Assembly (NCBI GenBank): GCA_046758505.1
Contig: JBHIAH010000006.1
Location: forward strand, 1,544 to 65,543
Origin: Candidatus Methylomirabilales bacterium
Lineage (GTDB): Bacteria; Methylomirabilota; Methylomirabilia; Methylomirabilales; CSP1-5
Reading direction: 5' to 3'
DNA: 64,000 bases
Below, piece after piece: positions 25,139 to 34,830 of the stretch. The notes beneath the pieces are model-generated. The model saw only the letters and a program-made list of their open reading frames with translations, had not been told where the DNA came from and did no database searches. The position numbers and the translations under genes are program-made. Each line of letters opens with the position of its first letter. The first letter of the stretch is position 1.

Positions 25139-25336
25139 CTATTCGGTGTCTTCCTCGATATGCTCGTAAATCACCGTCCCACAAGTGGGGCACCGGTCGG
25201 TGAAGCAGATCAGGACCTCGGGATCGTACTTCGCATGCGCAGAATAGTACCCCCGTGTCACCTCCGTGCGTTCCACCTCGGTTCCGCCGCATGTCGGACA
25301 CCGGGTTAAGTCACGCTCGGGCCTCTGCTCCATCAT
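25139..25336 (-). CDS. small zinc-ribbon protein (two CPTCG knuckles)
   Basis: 65 aa with CPTCGG..x35..CPTCG. The start overlaps the stop of the upstream ORF by 4 nt. Confidence 0.5.
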   Translation of the reverse strand: MMEQRPERDLTRCPTCGGTEVERTEVTRGYYSAHAKYDPEVLICFTDRCPTCGTVIYEHIEEDTE

Positions 25337-25818
25337 GCCTCCCCGTCCACCTCAGCGCTGCCCCCCCTGACCGTCTCCACCCACGCCCGCGGCAGCTGCG
25401 ATTTGAGCCCGGCCGCCCCGTAGAGCGCACAGCCCAGCATTTTCCCCTCGTAGCGGACCGCCACGTACCCTCCCTCCACCAGAAAGGGACCAGCGAGAAT
25501 CTCACCGCGGAGGAAAGGGTTAAGTTGCTCTGCGGTCAGGTCGACCACATTCTTGGCGATGGCGTCTCCGAGGAAAAGCAGGGCGGCCGTCGTGGGCTTC
25601 CAGAGGCTCCTCCGTTTCCGAAGAAACGGCAAGCCGGCCGCCTCGACCTTCAGCAAGGCAAGGGCTTCCTCGACCCCCATCAGGTCTGCCATCGCCCAGA
25701 CGTTCTTCCCCCGCACCAGAAACCGGAGCCCCTTCAGGGCGGAAAAGGGGACACCGAACCGCCCGTGCCAAAATTCGAGAATTGCCTGCTGGTCACTCGG
25801 GCTTACGGAGACAAGCAA
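25333..25818 (-). CDS. RsmF-type C-terminal (PUA-like) domain encoded as a separate ORF
   Basis: 161 aa, TTG start. GYVAVRYEGKMLGCALYGAAGLKSQLPRAW resembles the C-terminal tail of E. coli RsmF/YebU (V..F.....GLAK..GSRLKNSYPR). It overlaps the methyltransferase ORF by 26 nt in another frame. Confidence 0.55.
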   Translation of the reverse strand: MLVSVSPSDQQAILEFWHGRFGVPFSALKGLRFLVRGKNVWAMADLMGVEEALALLKVEAAGLPFLRKRRSLWKPTTAALLFLGDAIAKNVVDLTAEQLNPFLRGEILAGPFLVEGGYVAVRYEGKMLGCALYGAAGLKSQLPRAWVETVRGGSAEVDGEA

Positions 25819-26695
25819 TGAAGAACCCCCACGAATCGACGAGGTGCGGATAGCACCGGGCCGCCCGGCTCAGGGAGGGGTGAAACCGCTGCCCGTTCCA
25901 CTCTGCGAGGCCCGACGCACACGGGACCGGAAGATGCACGGGGACGAGCTCGGCCTGCCCCTCCTCAACGACCGGCTGAAGCACCGCCTCGTTCTCCTCC
26001 GGGGCGTAGGTACACGTAGAATAAACCAGGATCCCGCCGGGCCGGAGCACCCTCAGCGCGTGACGCAAAAGCATCTGCTGTAGCCGCTGCAGGCGGCGGC
26101 TGACCTGGGGGTCCTCGGTCAATGGCGGCCGGGCCCCGATCCGATAGGTTCCCTCGGCCGAGCAGGGCGGATCGAGGAGGATCCGATCGAAGAGGACCCG
26201 CGTTGGAAAGCTCTGCCCCCGATACCGCGTCACAACGATGCTGGTGATCCCGAGGCGATCCGTGTGAGACCGGAGGATGCCGATCCGCCGGTGGTTCACA
26301 TCGTTGGCAACGATCAGGGCGCGGCCGTGCGTGAGCTGGGCCAGATAGGTCGCCTTCCCCCCCGGTGCGGCACACAGGTCGAGCACTCGTTCCCCCACCT
26401 GCGGACCGAGGACCACGGGCGGAAGCATCGACGTCAGGCCTTGGATTTGGTACCATCCGCGAAAGTACTCGAGCGTGCCGCCGGGCGTTCCCGAGCTCTC
26501 CCACCGGAACGCCTCTGGAATCCCCGCCACCGGTGCAAGCAAGTAACCCCTGTCCGCCATCGTACGGCAAAAGGTGTCCCGCGCGATTCGCAGCGTGTTG
26601 ACCCGCAGGTGGGTCGGCGGCTCGACCTCTACGGCGTCCAGGAACACGGCAAAGTCGGGAACGATGTCGCGATACCGCGCAAAGGCCGGCACCAT
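25793..26695 (-). CDS. rsmF: NOL1/NOP2/Sun-family RNA cytosine-C5 methyltransferase domain (RsmB/RsmF-like)
   Basis: 300 aa with DLCAAPGGKATYLAQL (SAM motif I), DRILLDPPCSAEGTYR (motif IV PC) and LVYSTCTYAPEENE (motif VI TC). Confidence 0.85.
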   Translation of the reverse strand: MVPAFARYRDIVPDFAVFLDAVEVEPPTHLRVNTLRIARDTFCRTMADRGYLLAPVAGIPEAFRWESSGTPGGTLEYFRGWYQIQGLTSMLPPVVLGPQVGERVLDLCAAPGGKATYLAQLTHGRALIVANDVNHRRIGILRSHTDRLGITSIVVTRYRGQSFPTRVLFDRILLDPPCSAEGTYRIGARPPLTEDPQVSRRLQRLQQMLLRHALRVLRPGGILVYSTCTYAPEENEAVLQPVVEEGQAELVPVHLPVPCASGLAEWNGQRFHPSLSRAARCYPHLVDSWGFFIACLRKPE

Positions 26696-26696
26696 C

Positions 26697-27614
26697 TCAC
26701 ATCACGGCGGAGCGGAGCGTCTCAATCGCCGCCCGGTCGGGAAGCGACTCTTGGGCTCCTCGGCGAGTGGTGGCAAGCGCGCCGGCGGCGTTGGCAAAAG
26801 AAATGGCCTCCCCCAGTTCCTTCCCCTCGGCCCATGCGGCGGCCAACGCTCCGTTAAAAGCGTCACCGGCGGCCGTCGTGTCGACCGTGCGGACTGCCTG
26901 GCCCGGAAAGTGTCGTGCTCCGTGCTTCCCAACCCATAAGCACCCGTGTGCACCCAGGGTAACGATTACGCCCCCGCAGCCCATCTCCAGGAGTCGTGCA
27001 CCCGCCTCCTCGGCCCCACCTTTGTCCCTCACCGGGATGCGGGTCAGGGTGGAGACCTCCGTCGCATTGGGGGTGAGGAGATCCACCAGGGGGAAAACGT
27101 CGTGCGGAAGAGGAGCGGCGGGGGCGGGATTCAGGATGGTTCGCATCCCCTTCTGTTTGCCCCGCCGGAGGGCATAGAGGACCGTTTCGAGCGGGGTCTC
27201 GAGCTGCAGCAGGAGAACCGCTCCGGAAAGCAGGTGATCCAGGCCTTGGATTTCTTCCGGGCTGAGGCGGTAGTTGCACCCAGACGCCACCACAATCTGA
27301 TTCCCCCCCGCCGGTTCGACCAGGATGAAGGCCACGCCGGTGCTGCATGTCGCATCCGAGATGAGTCCGGCGCCATCAATCCCAACCGATTCCAGATGTG
27401 TGCGGATCTGCTCCCCATGCCGATCCTTTCCCACCTTCCCTACAAAGGTCACCCCCGCCCCCGCCCGGCGGGCGGCCACCGCCTGATTCGCGCCTTTGCC
27501 GCCAAAAGAGACCAGGAGGTCCCGCCCCAAAATCGTCTCCCCCGACCGGGGCGCCCGGTCCACCCGGACGGTAAAGTCCACGTTGGCCGACCCGACCACT
27601 ACGACCGCCGACAT
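26697..27614 (-). CDS. rbsK: ribokinase
   Basis: Start moved to MSAVVVVGSANVDF (ATG 27614). Also GGKGANQAVAARR and DTTAAGDAFNGALA. Confidence 0.88.
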   Translation of the reverse strand: MSAVVVVGSANVDFTVRVDRAPRSGETILGRDLLVSFGGKGANQAVAARRAGAGVTFVGKVGKDRHGEQIRTHLESVGIDGAGLISDATCSTGVAFILVEPAGGNQIVVASGCNYRLSPEEIQGLDHLLSGAVLLLQLETPLETVLYALRRGKQKGMRTILNPAPAAPLPHDVFPLVDLLTPNATEVSTLTRIPVRDKGGAEEAGARLLEMGCGGVIVTLGAHGCLWVGKHGARHFPGQAVRTVDTTAAGDAFNGALAAAWAEGKELGEAISFANAAGALATTRRGAQESLPDRAAIETLRSAVM

Positions 27615-28570
27615 ACCCGTTCCATAAACAGACTGAGGAACCGGTCCACATCCACTGCCATGGCCACCTCCACGTTGGGTCGCCCCTCGGCCCGGAAGGG
27701 GCGGCGGTCGGCCACCGTCATCCCCGCCGTGATCTCGCCTCGGGTCTCCACCTGAACGTACAGGGACCGGCATTGTACCAGATCCTGGTCCGTGACAACG
27801 CCCACGGTGAGGGGATCGTGCAGGATAACCCCGGCGAATCCTTCCCATTTCTCGGAAAAGGCAGTGAGGTGCGCGGTGCAGTCCAGCAGAAACTGGGCCG
27901 GAGGATCGGCCAGGGGTTCGACCCAGGTTCGCAGCGCATCCCTCGAGAGTCGGACACGCTCCGTCACGTCGAGAGGGATCAGGGTCAGCGGGAGCCCCGA
28001 GGTAAAAACGATCTGGGCCGCCTCGGGATCGGTGGCAATGTTGAACTCTGCCACCGCCGAGGTATTCCCCGGCACGCAGACGGCTCCCCCCATGCTGACC
28101 ACGCGGTGGACCTTCCCCATGGCGCTGCGATCCCGGAGGAGGGCCTGGGCAACGTTCGTAAGGGGTCCGAGCGTGATGAGGGTGATCTCACCCGGAGACC
28201 GACCTACGAGGTCGAGGATGAGGTCGGCCGCACCGACCGGTGCCAGCGCTTCCCGCGGTTGAGGATATCGGGGGAGACCGTCCGGATTCCGATAGCGGGA
28301 GAGTCCCCCGAGTCCGTCGGAACCGTGCACCTCGACGGCCGTCCGGAGCTCACGGGCGAGCGGATGGGCGGCCCCGCGCGCCACCACGGGGCGGGGTTCT
28401 GCATTCAGGACCTCCAGGAGCGTGAAGACGTTTCGGGTACAGTCCTCTACCGGGGCGTTGCCCGCCACGGTGGTGATCGCCTCGACTCTCAACTCTGGCG
28501 ATTTTAGGGCCAGGAAGAGGGCTAAGGCGTCGTCAATCCCCGGATCGGTATCGATGAGAACTCGCTTCAT
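27599..28570 (-). CDS. inosine/uridine-preferring nucleoside hydrolase
   Basis: Start moved to MKRVLIDTDPGIDDALAL (ATG 28570), the DxDxxxDD Ca-binding motif. Followed by rbsK, giving a nucleoside salvage pair. Confidence 0.88.
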   Translation of the reverse strand: MKRVLIDTDPGIDDALALFLALKSPELRVEAITTVAGNAPVEDCTRNVFTLLEVLNAEPRPVVARGAAHPLARELRTAVEVHGSDGLGGLSRYRNPDGLPRYPQPREALAPVGAADLILDLVGRSPGEITLITLGPLTNVAQALLRDRSAMGKVHRVVSMGGAVCVPGNTSAVAEFNIATDPEAAQIVFTSGLPLTLIPLDVTERVRLSRDALRTWVEPLADPPAQFLLDCTAHLTAFSEKWEGFAGVILHDPLTVGVVTDQDLVQCRSLYVQVETRGEITAGMTVADRRPFRAEGRPNVEVAMAVDVDRFLSLFMERVCRRS

Positions 28571-28596
28571 TTCAAAATTTCGACGTCCAATGTCCG

Positions 28597-28688
28597 CGAT
28601 TCGACGACCGATGACCCACGACCGATGACCGCAAAAAACCACGAACCTGCTTGTTCTTCAGTCGTTGGTCAACGGTCATCGGTCGGCC
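28597..28688. repeat. family G short repeats as an inverted pair between the nucleoside hydrolase and DUF488 genes
   Basis: cgaccgatgacccacgaccgatgaccg (28603-28631) and cggtcatcggtcg (28674-28686). gaccgatgaccg and cggtcatcggtc are exact complements. Confidence 0.6.
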
Positions 28689-29131
28689 ATCGAGCTCTGC
28701 CAGATCCGATCCTTTTCAATGATATGAACTGTGCGCCAGCCCCGACGCTCTAGGTCGGCGGCGATAAATCGCCGGTGGCATCGCCACGGCAGCCGCTCGC
28801 AGCACATGAAAGCAGCCCTCGCCTCCCGACCGATGGATTCGAGGATATCAAGGCCCCTTGCAAACTGCGGCGTCTGCATGTAGGCCGCGTATCCGCCGCG
28901 GCGATATCCCCCGAGTTCCTTACCGAGATATACATACCGAAGGCCTCGCGATGGGATATTTTCCTCAAGTACCTTCTTAGAAAAATGCGGGAACCGCTTG
29001 CTATGTGGGAACATTCGTACGTCAACCAACACAGCAATCTCATAACCTTGGAGCAGACCCAGGAACTCTGGTAGTGGCCGCGTGCTCGAACCGATCGTGT
29101 AGATCGTCCGAAGCCCTGCCCCGCGTTCCAC
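28676..29131 (-). CDS. DUF488-family protein
   Basis: 151 aa with IYTIGSSTRPLPEFL..LVDVRMFPHS..CCERLPWRCHR, the conserved DUF488 pattern. Confidence 0.75.
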   Translation of the reverse strand: MERGAGLRTIYTIGSSTRPLPEFLGLLQGYEIAVLVDVRMFPHSKRFPHFSKKVLEENIPSRGLRYVYLGKELGGYRRGGYAAYMQTPQFARGLDILESIGREARAAFMCCERLPWRCHRRFIAADLERRGWRTVHIIEKDRIWQSSMADR

Positions 29132-29539
29132 GGCTCCGCTCCCCCCGCCCGTATCCTGCTCGACCCCAGACTCCGCACCTCCGTACGGCCATCTTAGCGA
29201 AGCCCCGCTGACGCTGCCAACCCCTTTTTCGGTGCATGGCCGTTGTACATCCCCCGTTCACGAAGCCTCACCACAGTCCGACCATTCCATCAGCAGCACG
29301 ATCAGGACGAAGAGACGCGTGCGGGGGGTTGACGGTCACTCCCCGCCTGAACACCGGATTGCCTGTCGGAATGTGAGGGTTTCCGGAGAGGGAAGATCAG
29401 GACTGCTATGCCAGATGCCCAGTGGGGCGAGCGGCGAAGGCCTCGATCGCCTATCCGTCAAGAGATGACGGCCAGGAGCGCGAGGGCGAGTAGCGTGCCA
29501 TCAAGCTCCTCGTGCGGTAGGCTAGGCTTCTGATGCCCT

Positions 29540-30604
29540 TCATATTCCCGTTGCACGCGGTCTCCGGCCCTTCCGGCCTATTCCGATTCCACATCCGATG
29601 ATCGACGCTTGAATCGTAATGAATAACATCAAGGTGAGATAGGGATGCGCGTACCCGAACGGGAGAAAATCCGCAATCACCAACCACTCAAAAATATCTT
29701 CCAGGGAATTCACGTACGTCACCACCCTGTCCAATGCATCCCGTACCGAGACAGCGTAGTGCGACACATGCAGAACAGACTGAATTCCAGCATCCGAAAC
29801 ATCGAAGACCATCGTATGGTAGAAGCCCGCCTTCCCATACAGTCGCGATCCCCCGCCCCCGCTCACCACATATTTGACGCCGTCCACTTCCATCGAGAGA
29901 AAGCTGTGGTAATTGCCGAAAAAAGCGTAGCTGATGCCCCACTTTTTCGCTAACTGATGGATCGGATGGCTCCGCTCCACTAAAAACTGATCGTTTTTAA
30001 TGTCGAAAATAGGGATGTGCATCGCCAGAAAAATGTATCGTCTTCCGCCCGCCTCTCTCTGCAACACTTCATCGAGCCAACGGACGAGGTCCCCGATCGA
30101 CTGGGTCACGTCATCGGCGATGATGAAAAGGTCGTTTCGATATATGAAATGAATCTGGCGTGGCCCGAGGACCCGATCGAACCACTGGCCCTCCTTACTC
30201 CCCTTCATATCCAGGTCATGATTCCCGGGTACCACGAACACCGGAACGTGCCGGATCTCCTGAAATTCCGGCACCACGTATCGATACTCCCACTCCCCAG
30301 GGTCCTCCACAAAATCCCCCAAGTGCAAAACAAAGGCGGGCTTCGTATCCTGCCCTTTCTCGAAAAGCCATTCGGCAATTTCTTGATTGCCCTTCGTATC
30401 CCCGATTACCGCAAACGTATATGGATCATGGGCCTCCGGATCAGGCAGAATAGCGATGTTCTCCGGTCGGTTTCCCAGGAGGGGAAGGCGTTCAGCTGGC
30501 GCCGCGGTCAGTCCGATCCATGCGCCCCACAGAATCGTCACCTCTAATCCTACCACCGCAATGACGAAGAAGAATCCGGCAACACGTATCATCCCTCTCT
30601 CCAT
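29540..30604 (-). CDS. membrane-anchored calcineurin-like metallophosphoesterase
   Basis: 354 aa. N-terminal TM helix, then FAVIGDTKG, HLGDFV and VPGNHD motifs, with a C-terminal hydrophobic tail. Confidence 0.8.
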   Translation of the reverse strand: MERGMIRVAGFFFVIAVVGLEVTILWGAWIGLTAAPAERLPLLGNRPENIAILPDPEAHDPYTFAVIGDTKGNQEIAEWLFEKGQDTKPAFVLHLGDFVEDPGEWEYRYVVPEFQEIRHVPVFVVPGNHDLDMKGSKEGQWFDRVLGPRQIHFIYRNDLFIIADDVTQSIGDLVRWLDEVLQREAGGRRYIFLAMHIPIFDIKNDQFLVERSHPIHQLAKKWGISYAFFGNYHSFLSMEVDGVKYVVSGGGGSRLYGKAGFYHTMVFDVSDAGIQSVLHVSHYAVSVRDALDRVVTYVNSLEDIFEWLVIADFLPFGYAHPYLTLMLFITIQASIIGCGIGIGRKGRRPRATGI

Positions 30605-30668
30605 CTCGTGGAGCCTTCATCACCGTTGCGGGCAGACAGACGTACGGCTCGAGAACAAAACGAGAGAA

Positions 30669-31619
30669 CTATGGAGAACTCCGTGCGTCGTGGAAGGGTT
30701 GAGGTCGGTAGCGGAAGGCAATGTAGAGCAGGAAGAGCCCCATCGCGACCCAGGCGAAAAGGGCCGGACCAGTCCCCTCGCGCCCGAATAGCCACTGCCG
30801 TAGCCCTCCGTCGGTCAGGAACAGGTTATCGGTCTTGTCGATGAAAACCCACGCGGCATGAAGACCGATGGGAAAATAGAGGTTCCCGGTCCAGATAAAT
30901 GCATAGGTGAGGACGACGCTCATCAAGAAGAGGCCAAAGAAGGCTGGAAAGAAACCCGGGCGCGGGTGCATAAGCACCCAGATGTGCTCCTGGAGGCCTC
31001 GGATGCCAACCCCCCAATCGATCGCGCCCATCTTCACGGGGACCTTCGCATCAACCAGGAGGTGAAACGACCCGTACAAGAGACTTGTCAACAACAAGGA
31101 ACCCGTCACTGTAACCCACCGCGCGAGCACTTGAAAGAAGATGCCCCGGAAGATGATCTCCTCCACGACGCCGGCCGCCACCCCCGACATCATGAACTCC
31201 ACCGGCTCTTTGATCCACTTCCACCACGGGGTCCGGATATGGATGGACCGCACGCCGAGCACGAGTGCAATCCCCACAACCAGCAGATAGGCAACGAGCC
31301 CCCAGAGAAACCCCTGCGAGACGAGGGTCTTCCACCGGGTGCGACCGGGAAACCCCAGGGTGGAGGGAGACGTAAATCCCATGCGGCGCATGCTGATGAG
31401 AAGGAAAACCATGATGACAATTTGATTCACCGTACGCCACACCCGAGCGTAGTCGTACCCGCCCGGATATTTGTTGGCATCGAGAACTTCGAACATCCCC
31501 GGAACGATGGGAATTAGGAACTCGACAATCGGCATTGCCAGGGGGGCAAGCACGATTGTGCCGATCACGATACCGGCCACAACCAGCAGACAATTCATAA
31601 TCGATCGACCTGCTTTCAT
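30669..31619 (-). CDS. CPBP-family intramembrane glutamic endopeptidase (CAAX protease-like)
   Basis: Start at ATG 31619 after GGAGGA. Motifs VVEEIIFRG, LLYGSFH and GLHAAW in a polytopic membrane protein. Confidence 0.75.
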   Translation of the reverse strand: MKAGRSIMNCLLVVAGIVIGTIVLAPLAMPIVEFLIPIVPGMFEVLDANKYPGGYDYARVWRTVNQIVIMVFLLISMRRMGFTSPSTLGFPGRTRWKTLVSQGFLWGLVAYLLVVGIALVLGVRSIHIRTPWWKWIKEPVEFMMSGVAAGVVEEIIFRGIFFQVLARWVTVTGSLLLTSLLYGSFHLLVDAKVPVKMGAIDWGVGIRGLQEHIWVLMHPRPGFFPAFFGLFLMSVVLTYAFIWTGNLYFPIGLHAAWVFIDKTDNLFLTDGGLRQWLFGREGTGPALFAWVAMGLFLLYIAFRYRPQPFHDARSSP

Positions 31620-31777
31620 CCGATCCTCCACGAGGGTTCGACCGCCGCTCCAGCGCCTAAAGACATTACAAATTGAACCCTGCGAATTCAATTGTCAAGG
31701 AAAAACTCCCTCCCTCGCCCGGGGCGTTGAACCCAAAGCCCCGCGCAACCAAAGGAACAGCCAATGAGCGGCCGGGA

Positions 31778-32551
31778 TCATTCTCCTGTCCTGGGAGCGA
31801 GGCTGTCGAGGAAGCTCTTGAGCTTCGCAAAGTACGCCTCTCCGCCGGCAAGGTAGGTGTCGTTGTGCGTTGCTCCGTCGATGAGGTAGAACTCCTTTGG
31901 GGGACGCGCCGCTTCATACAGGCGTCTGCCCATCCACAGCGGGATAATCTCGTCGTGCTCTCCGTGAATGATCAGCGTGGGGGCAGTCACCTGTGCGATC
32001 AATGCGAGGGAATCGTATTTGATCATGTCCGGCGGGAGGGAGGGGAGAAAAGGAAAGTAGAGACGCATCACGTCGTCCGTCGAGGTAAAGGCCGATTCCA
32101 GAATGACCCCGAGACACGTGTGCTTTGCCGCCACGGCGACTGCCAGGGCGGTCCCCAGCGATCGGCCAAAGAGAACGATCCGGCTCCGGTCGAGCGCTGA
32201 CCCCGAGCAAAGATATTCAAAGGCCGCGAAGGCATCCACGAAGGTGCCGGCCTTCGAAATCTCTCCCTCGCTCCTGCCGTACTCCCGATAATCGAAGATG
32301 AAGATATTGACGCCGAGTCGTCTATGCAAGAGGACGAGGTTGTCAAGTCGGTGGCTGATGTTCCCGGCATTACCGTGAAACCAAAGGAGGGTGACGGGAC
32401 TTTTGTGATCGGGAACGTACCAGCCGTGAAGTCGCAGCCCATCCTCAGTCGGAAAGAACACCTCTTCATACGCCAGCCCGAAGTCTGCCGGCGTTCCGAT
32501 CATGTACGGATCGGGAAAAAAGACGGTACCCTTCTCGGGGAACATCGGCAT
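31778..32551 (-). CDS. alpha/beta hydrolase (S9/S33-like)
   Basis: 257 aa. WFHGNAGN, nucleophile elbow GRSLGT, and a late HGEHDEIIP..GATHND. Confidence 0.8.
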   Translation of the reverse strand: MPMFPEKGTVFFPDPYMIGTPADFGLAYEEVFFPTEDGLRLHGWYVPDHKSPVTLLWFHGNAGNISHRLDNLVLLHRRLGVNIFIFDYREYGRSEGEISKAGTFVDAFAAFEYLCSGSALDRSRIVLFGRSLGTALAVAVAAKHTCLGVILESAFTSTDDVMRLYFPFLPSLPPDMIKYDSLALIAQVTAPTLIIHGEHDEIIPLWMGRRLYEAARPPKEFYLIDGATHNDTYLAGGEAYFAKLKSFLDSLAPRTGE

Positions 32552-32554
32552 CGG

Positions 32555-33397
32555 CTATCTGGATTCCCGCCCGCTGACCCCGGGGAGGAGATGGGTGCTC
32601 TCTTTTGCCTGGGCCGGAGAGGGCCGGTAGTAGGTCAAGGCGTTCGGGACCAGGCGCTGGAGGTCCTGGATGCGACGGCCAGGGCTCGGGTGGGTCGAGA
32701 GGAACTCGGGCGGCTGACGTCGGTCCCCCCGCGCCATCCGCTCCCAGAGGTGAACGGCCTCCCTGGGATCGTAGCCGGCCTGCGCCATCAGGAGGAGCCC
32801 GATCCGATCCGCCTCGGACTCCTGAATACGGCTGTAGGGGAGGAGAACACCCACATTCGCCCCCAGGCCATAGGCGGTCATGACACTGCGCACAACGGCG
32901 GGGTCCTTTCCGGCCATCCCCGCCTCAATCGCCACCGCCCCCATCTTCGCCAAGAGCCCTTGGCTGAGTCGCTCCCCTCCGTGTCGCGCCAGCACATGGG
33001 CCACCTCGTGCGACATCACCGCCGCAAGCCCCCCTTCGGTCCTGGCGACGGGAAAGATGCCGGTATAGACCGCGACCTTCCCCCCGGGGAGGGCGAACGC
33101 ATTCACCATTTTCGGATTGTCAATCACCGCAAATTCCCATTGAAAGTCGGGCCGCTTGGCCACGCGTGCGATCCGCCACCCGATCCGATTCACCACCGCC
33201 CGAAGCGCGGGGTCGTGACTGATCTTCTCCTTTGCGAGGACCTCTTTAAACGACCGGACGCCGAGCCGGCTCTCCTGTCCCGGCGAGATGAGGATCAGCT
33301 GGGAGCGCTGGGTGTACGGCGCGGTCACGCAGGCCGCCAAGAGAAAGAGCGGCCCAAGTACGATTCCTGCGATTCTCCGTTGACAGAGCTGCCGCAT
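32555..33397 (-). CDS. M48-family zinc metalloprotease lipoprotein
   Basis: Start moved to MRQLCQRRIAGIVLGPLFLLAAC (ATG 33397, RBS AGGAGG). HEVAHVLARH (HExxH) and ESEADRIG. Confidence 0.85.
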   Translation of the reverse strand: MRQLCQRRIAGIVLGPLFLLAACVTAPYTQRSQLILISPGQESRLGVRSFKEVLAKEKISHDPALRAVVNRIGWRIARVAKRPDFQWEFAVIDNPKMVNAFALPGGKVAVYTGIFPVARTEGGLAAVMSHEVAHVLARHGGERLSQGLLAKMGAVAIEAGMAGKDPAVVRSVMTAYGLGANVGVLLPYSRIQESEADRIGLLLMAQAGYDPREAVHLWERMARGDRRQPPEFLSTHPSPGRRIQDLQRLVPNALTYYRPSPAQAKESTHLLPGVSGRESR

Positions 33398-33474
33398 CCT
33401 CGGTCCTCCTGCACAATGGATCGGAGCATCATACCATCGGCATGCCACGGAAGCAAGGATCGCCGGCCGAAGCG

Positions 33475-33786
33475 TCATGACCTTCGAAACCAGTTTCGGA
33501 CGAGTTGCTTGAGGTAGAGATAGCCGTCCCGTCCCACCAGGAGTGTCCCGACAAAGAAAAGTCCCCAGCTGACAAGCCATCCGACTCCCAACATGCTCAC
33601 CATCGTCTTTTCTGAAACCGGCAAAAACGGGATCACCAGATAGAACCCGAGGACGGCAAAACTCGATGCCATGAGTCCTACGCCGATCCAAAACCCCTTC
33701 CCCTTTGGACGTGCAGGGTCGGGCTTCGTGTGCTGCACCGGGTCCATGCGCGACAGCTCTCCCGCCTTTCCTCTCACTCCCCCCAT
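33475..33786 (-). CDS. small membrane protein, unknown function
   Basis: 103 aa with two clear hydrophobic helices. No family recognised; start uncertain. Confidence 0.4.
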   Translation of the reverse strand: MGGVRGKAGELSRMDPVQHTKPDPARPKGKGFWIGVGLMASSFAVLGFYLVIPFLPVSEKTMVSMLGVGWLVSWGLFFVGTLLVGRDGYLYLKQLVRNWFRRS

Positions 33787-34304
33787 TCCGTGGCCAACGC
33801 TCGCACCGCTGCCTCTGGCGTCCTCACCTCGTGCACGCCGGCCGTCTGGCCGCCGCGCTCTCGCTGCGCCACCGCCAGTGCCGGGCGCCAGTAGCGGCCG
33901 AGAAGCACCACCGGTGCAGGCTCCATGAGCCGCTTGTGCAGGTACTCCAGAACCAGCGCGAGCTCGAGCAGCGTGCCGGAACCTCCCGGCAGAACAACGT
34001 AGCCGTCACCGAGGTGCAACAACCGGCCGAGCCGCGCACAGAGGTCTTTCGCCTCCTCGTGGTGGGTGATATGAGGATTCGGCGGGCCACCATACACGGC
34101 ACAGGTGATGCCAATGCTCTCCCCGCCCGCCCGCCGCGCACCCTCGGCCGCGGCGGCCATCGTCCCCCCGTAGCCCCCATTGCAGACCACCCACCCCCGT
34201 CGTGCAATGGCCAGGCCGAGGCGCTCCGCCCGCCCATAGGCCGGGGTGCCGGGATCCGGACGGGAACTGCCAAAGACGGTGACGACGCGTCGCCCCTGCC
34301 ACAT
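33774..34304 (-). CDS. LOG / TIGR00730-family Rossmann protein (cytokinin riboside 5'-monophosphate phosphoribohydrolase-like)
   Basis: Start moved to MWQGRRVVTVFGSS (ATG 34304). Also GGYGGTMAA and LPGGSGTLLEL. Confidence 0.8.
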   Translation of the reverse strand: MWQGRRVVTVFGSSRPDPGTPAYGRAERLGLAIARRGWVVCNGGYGGTMAAAAEGARRAGGESIGITCAVYGGPPNPHITHHEEAKDLCARLGRLLHLGDGYVVLPGGSGTLLELALVLEYLHKRLMEPAPVVLLGRYWRPALAVAQRERGGQTAGVHEVRTPEAAVRALATEWGE

Positions 34305-34338
34305 GGTTGTTCTCCTGTTCCGATTCCTTGCCCGTCTG

Positions 34339-34782
34339 TCACTCGGCGGGCTGGACGAGCAGGGTGAGCCCCCGGACCGCCCGCACCCGCACCCGCCCCC
34401 CCGGGGGAATCGGCTCGTCTGTCCGCATCGCCTCGGCCCGCCACAGTTCTCCGCCCACCCGGATGTACCCTGACGGCGCCAGCGGCTCTTGCGCGACGCC
34501 TTCGGCCCCGATGAGCTGCTCCGCCCCCGCCCTCCCATTGGCCTCATAGGCGTGGCGGACAAAGGGGTAGAGAACGAGGTCCTTGACCACCCAGAGGAGC
34601 AAAAGCCCCACGGCCGCCCACAGCGGAAGGTCGATCCATCGCCGCAGGAGCGCGAGGCCCGCCGCCGCTAGAATCCAGCCGGGGATCTGGATCACAAGAT
34701 ATTTCGCCAGGGGCCGCCGCCACCATTCAGCTCTGTTCGCCATTCTCCCCTGCCCATCATCAGCTCTGCGGTCAGCGGTCAT
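34339..34782 (-). CDS. NfeD-family membrane protein
   Basis: 147 aa. Two TM helices followed by an OB-like tail GYIRVGGELWRAE..GGRVRV. Confidence 0.65.
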   Translation of the reverse strand: MTADRRADDGQGRMANRAEWWRRPLAKYLVIQIPGWILAAAGLALLRRWIDLPLWAAVGLLLLWVVKDLVLYPFVRHAYEANGRAGAEQLIGAEGVAQEPLAPSGYIRVGGELWRAEAMRTDEPIPPGGRVRVRAVRGLTLLVQPAE

Positions 34783-34830
34783 CGGTCACTGCCGGTCATC
34801 GTCCCAGTCACTGTTCGTCGGTCCCTGACG
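34768..34830. repeat. family G short repeat block spanning a gene junction
   Basis: gcggtcagcggtcatcggtcactgccggtcatcgtcccagtcactgttcgtcggtcc. It covers the last codons of 34786-35718 and the first codons of the NfeD gene. Confidence 0.5.
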
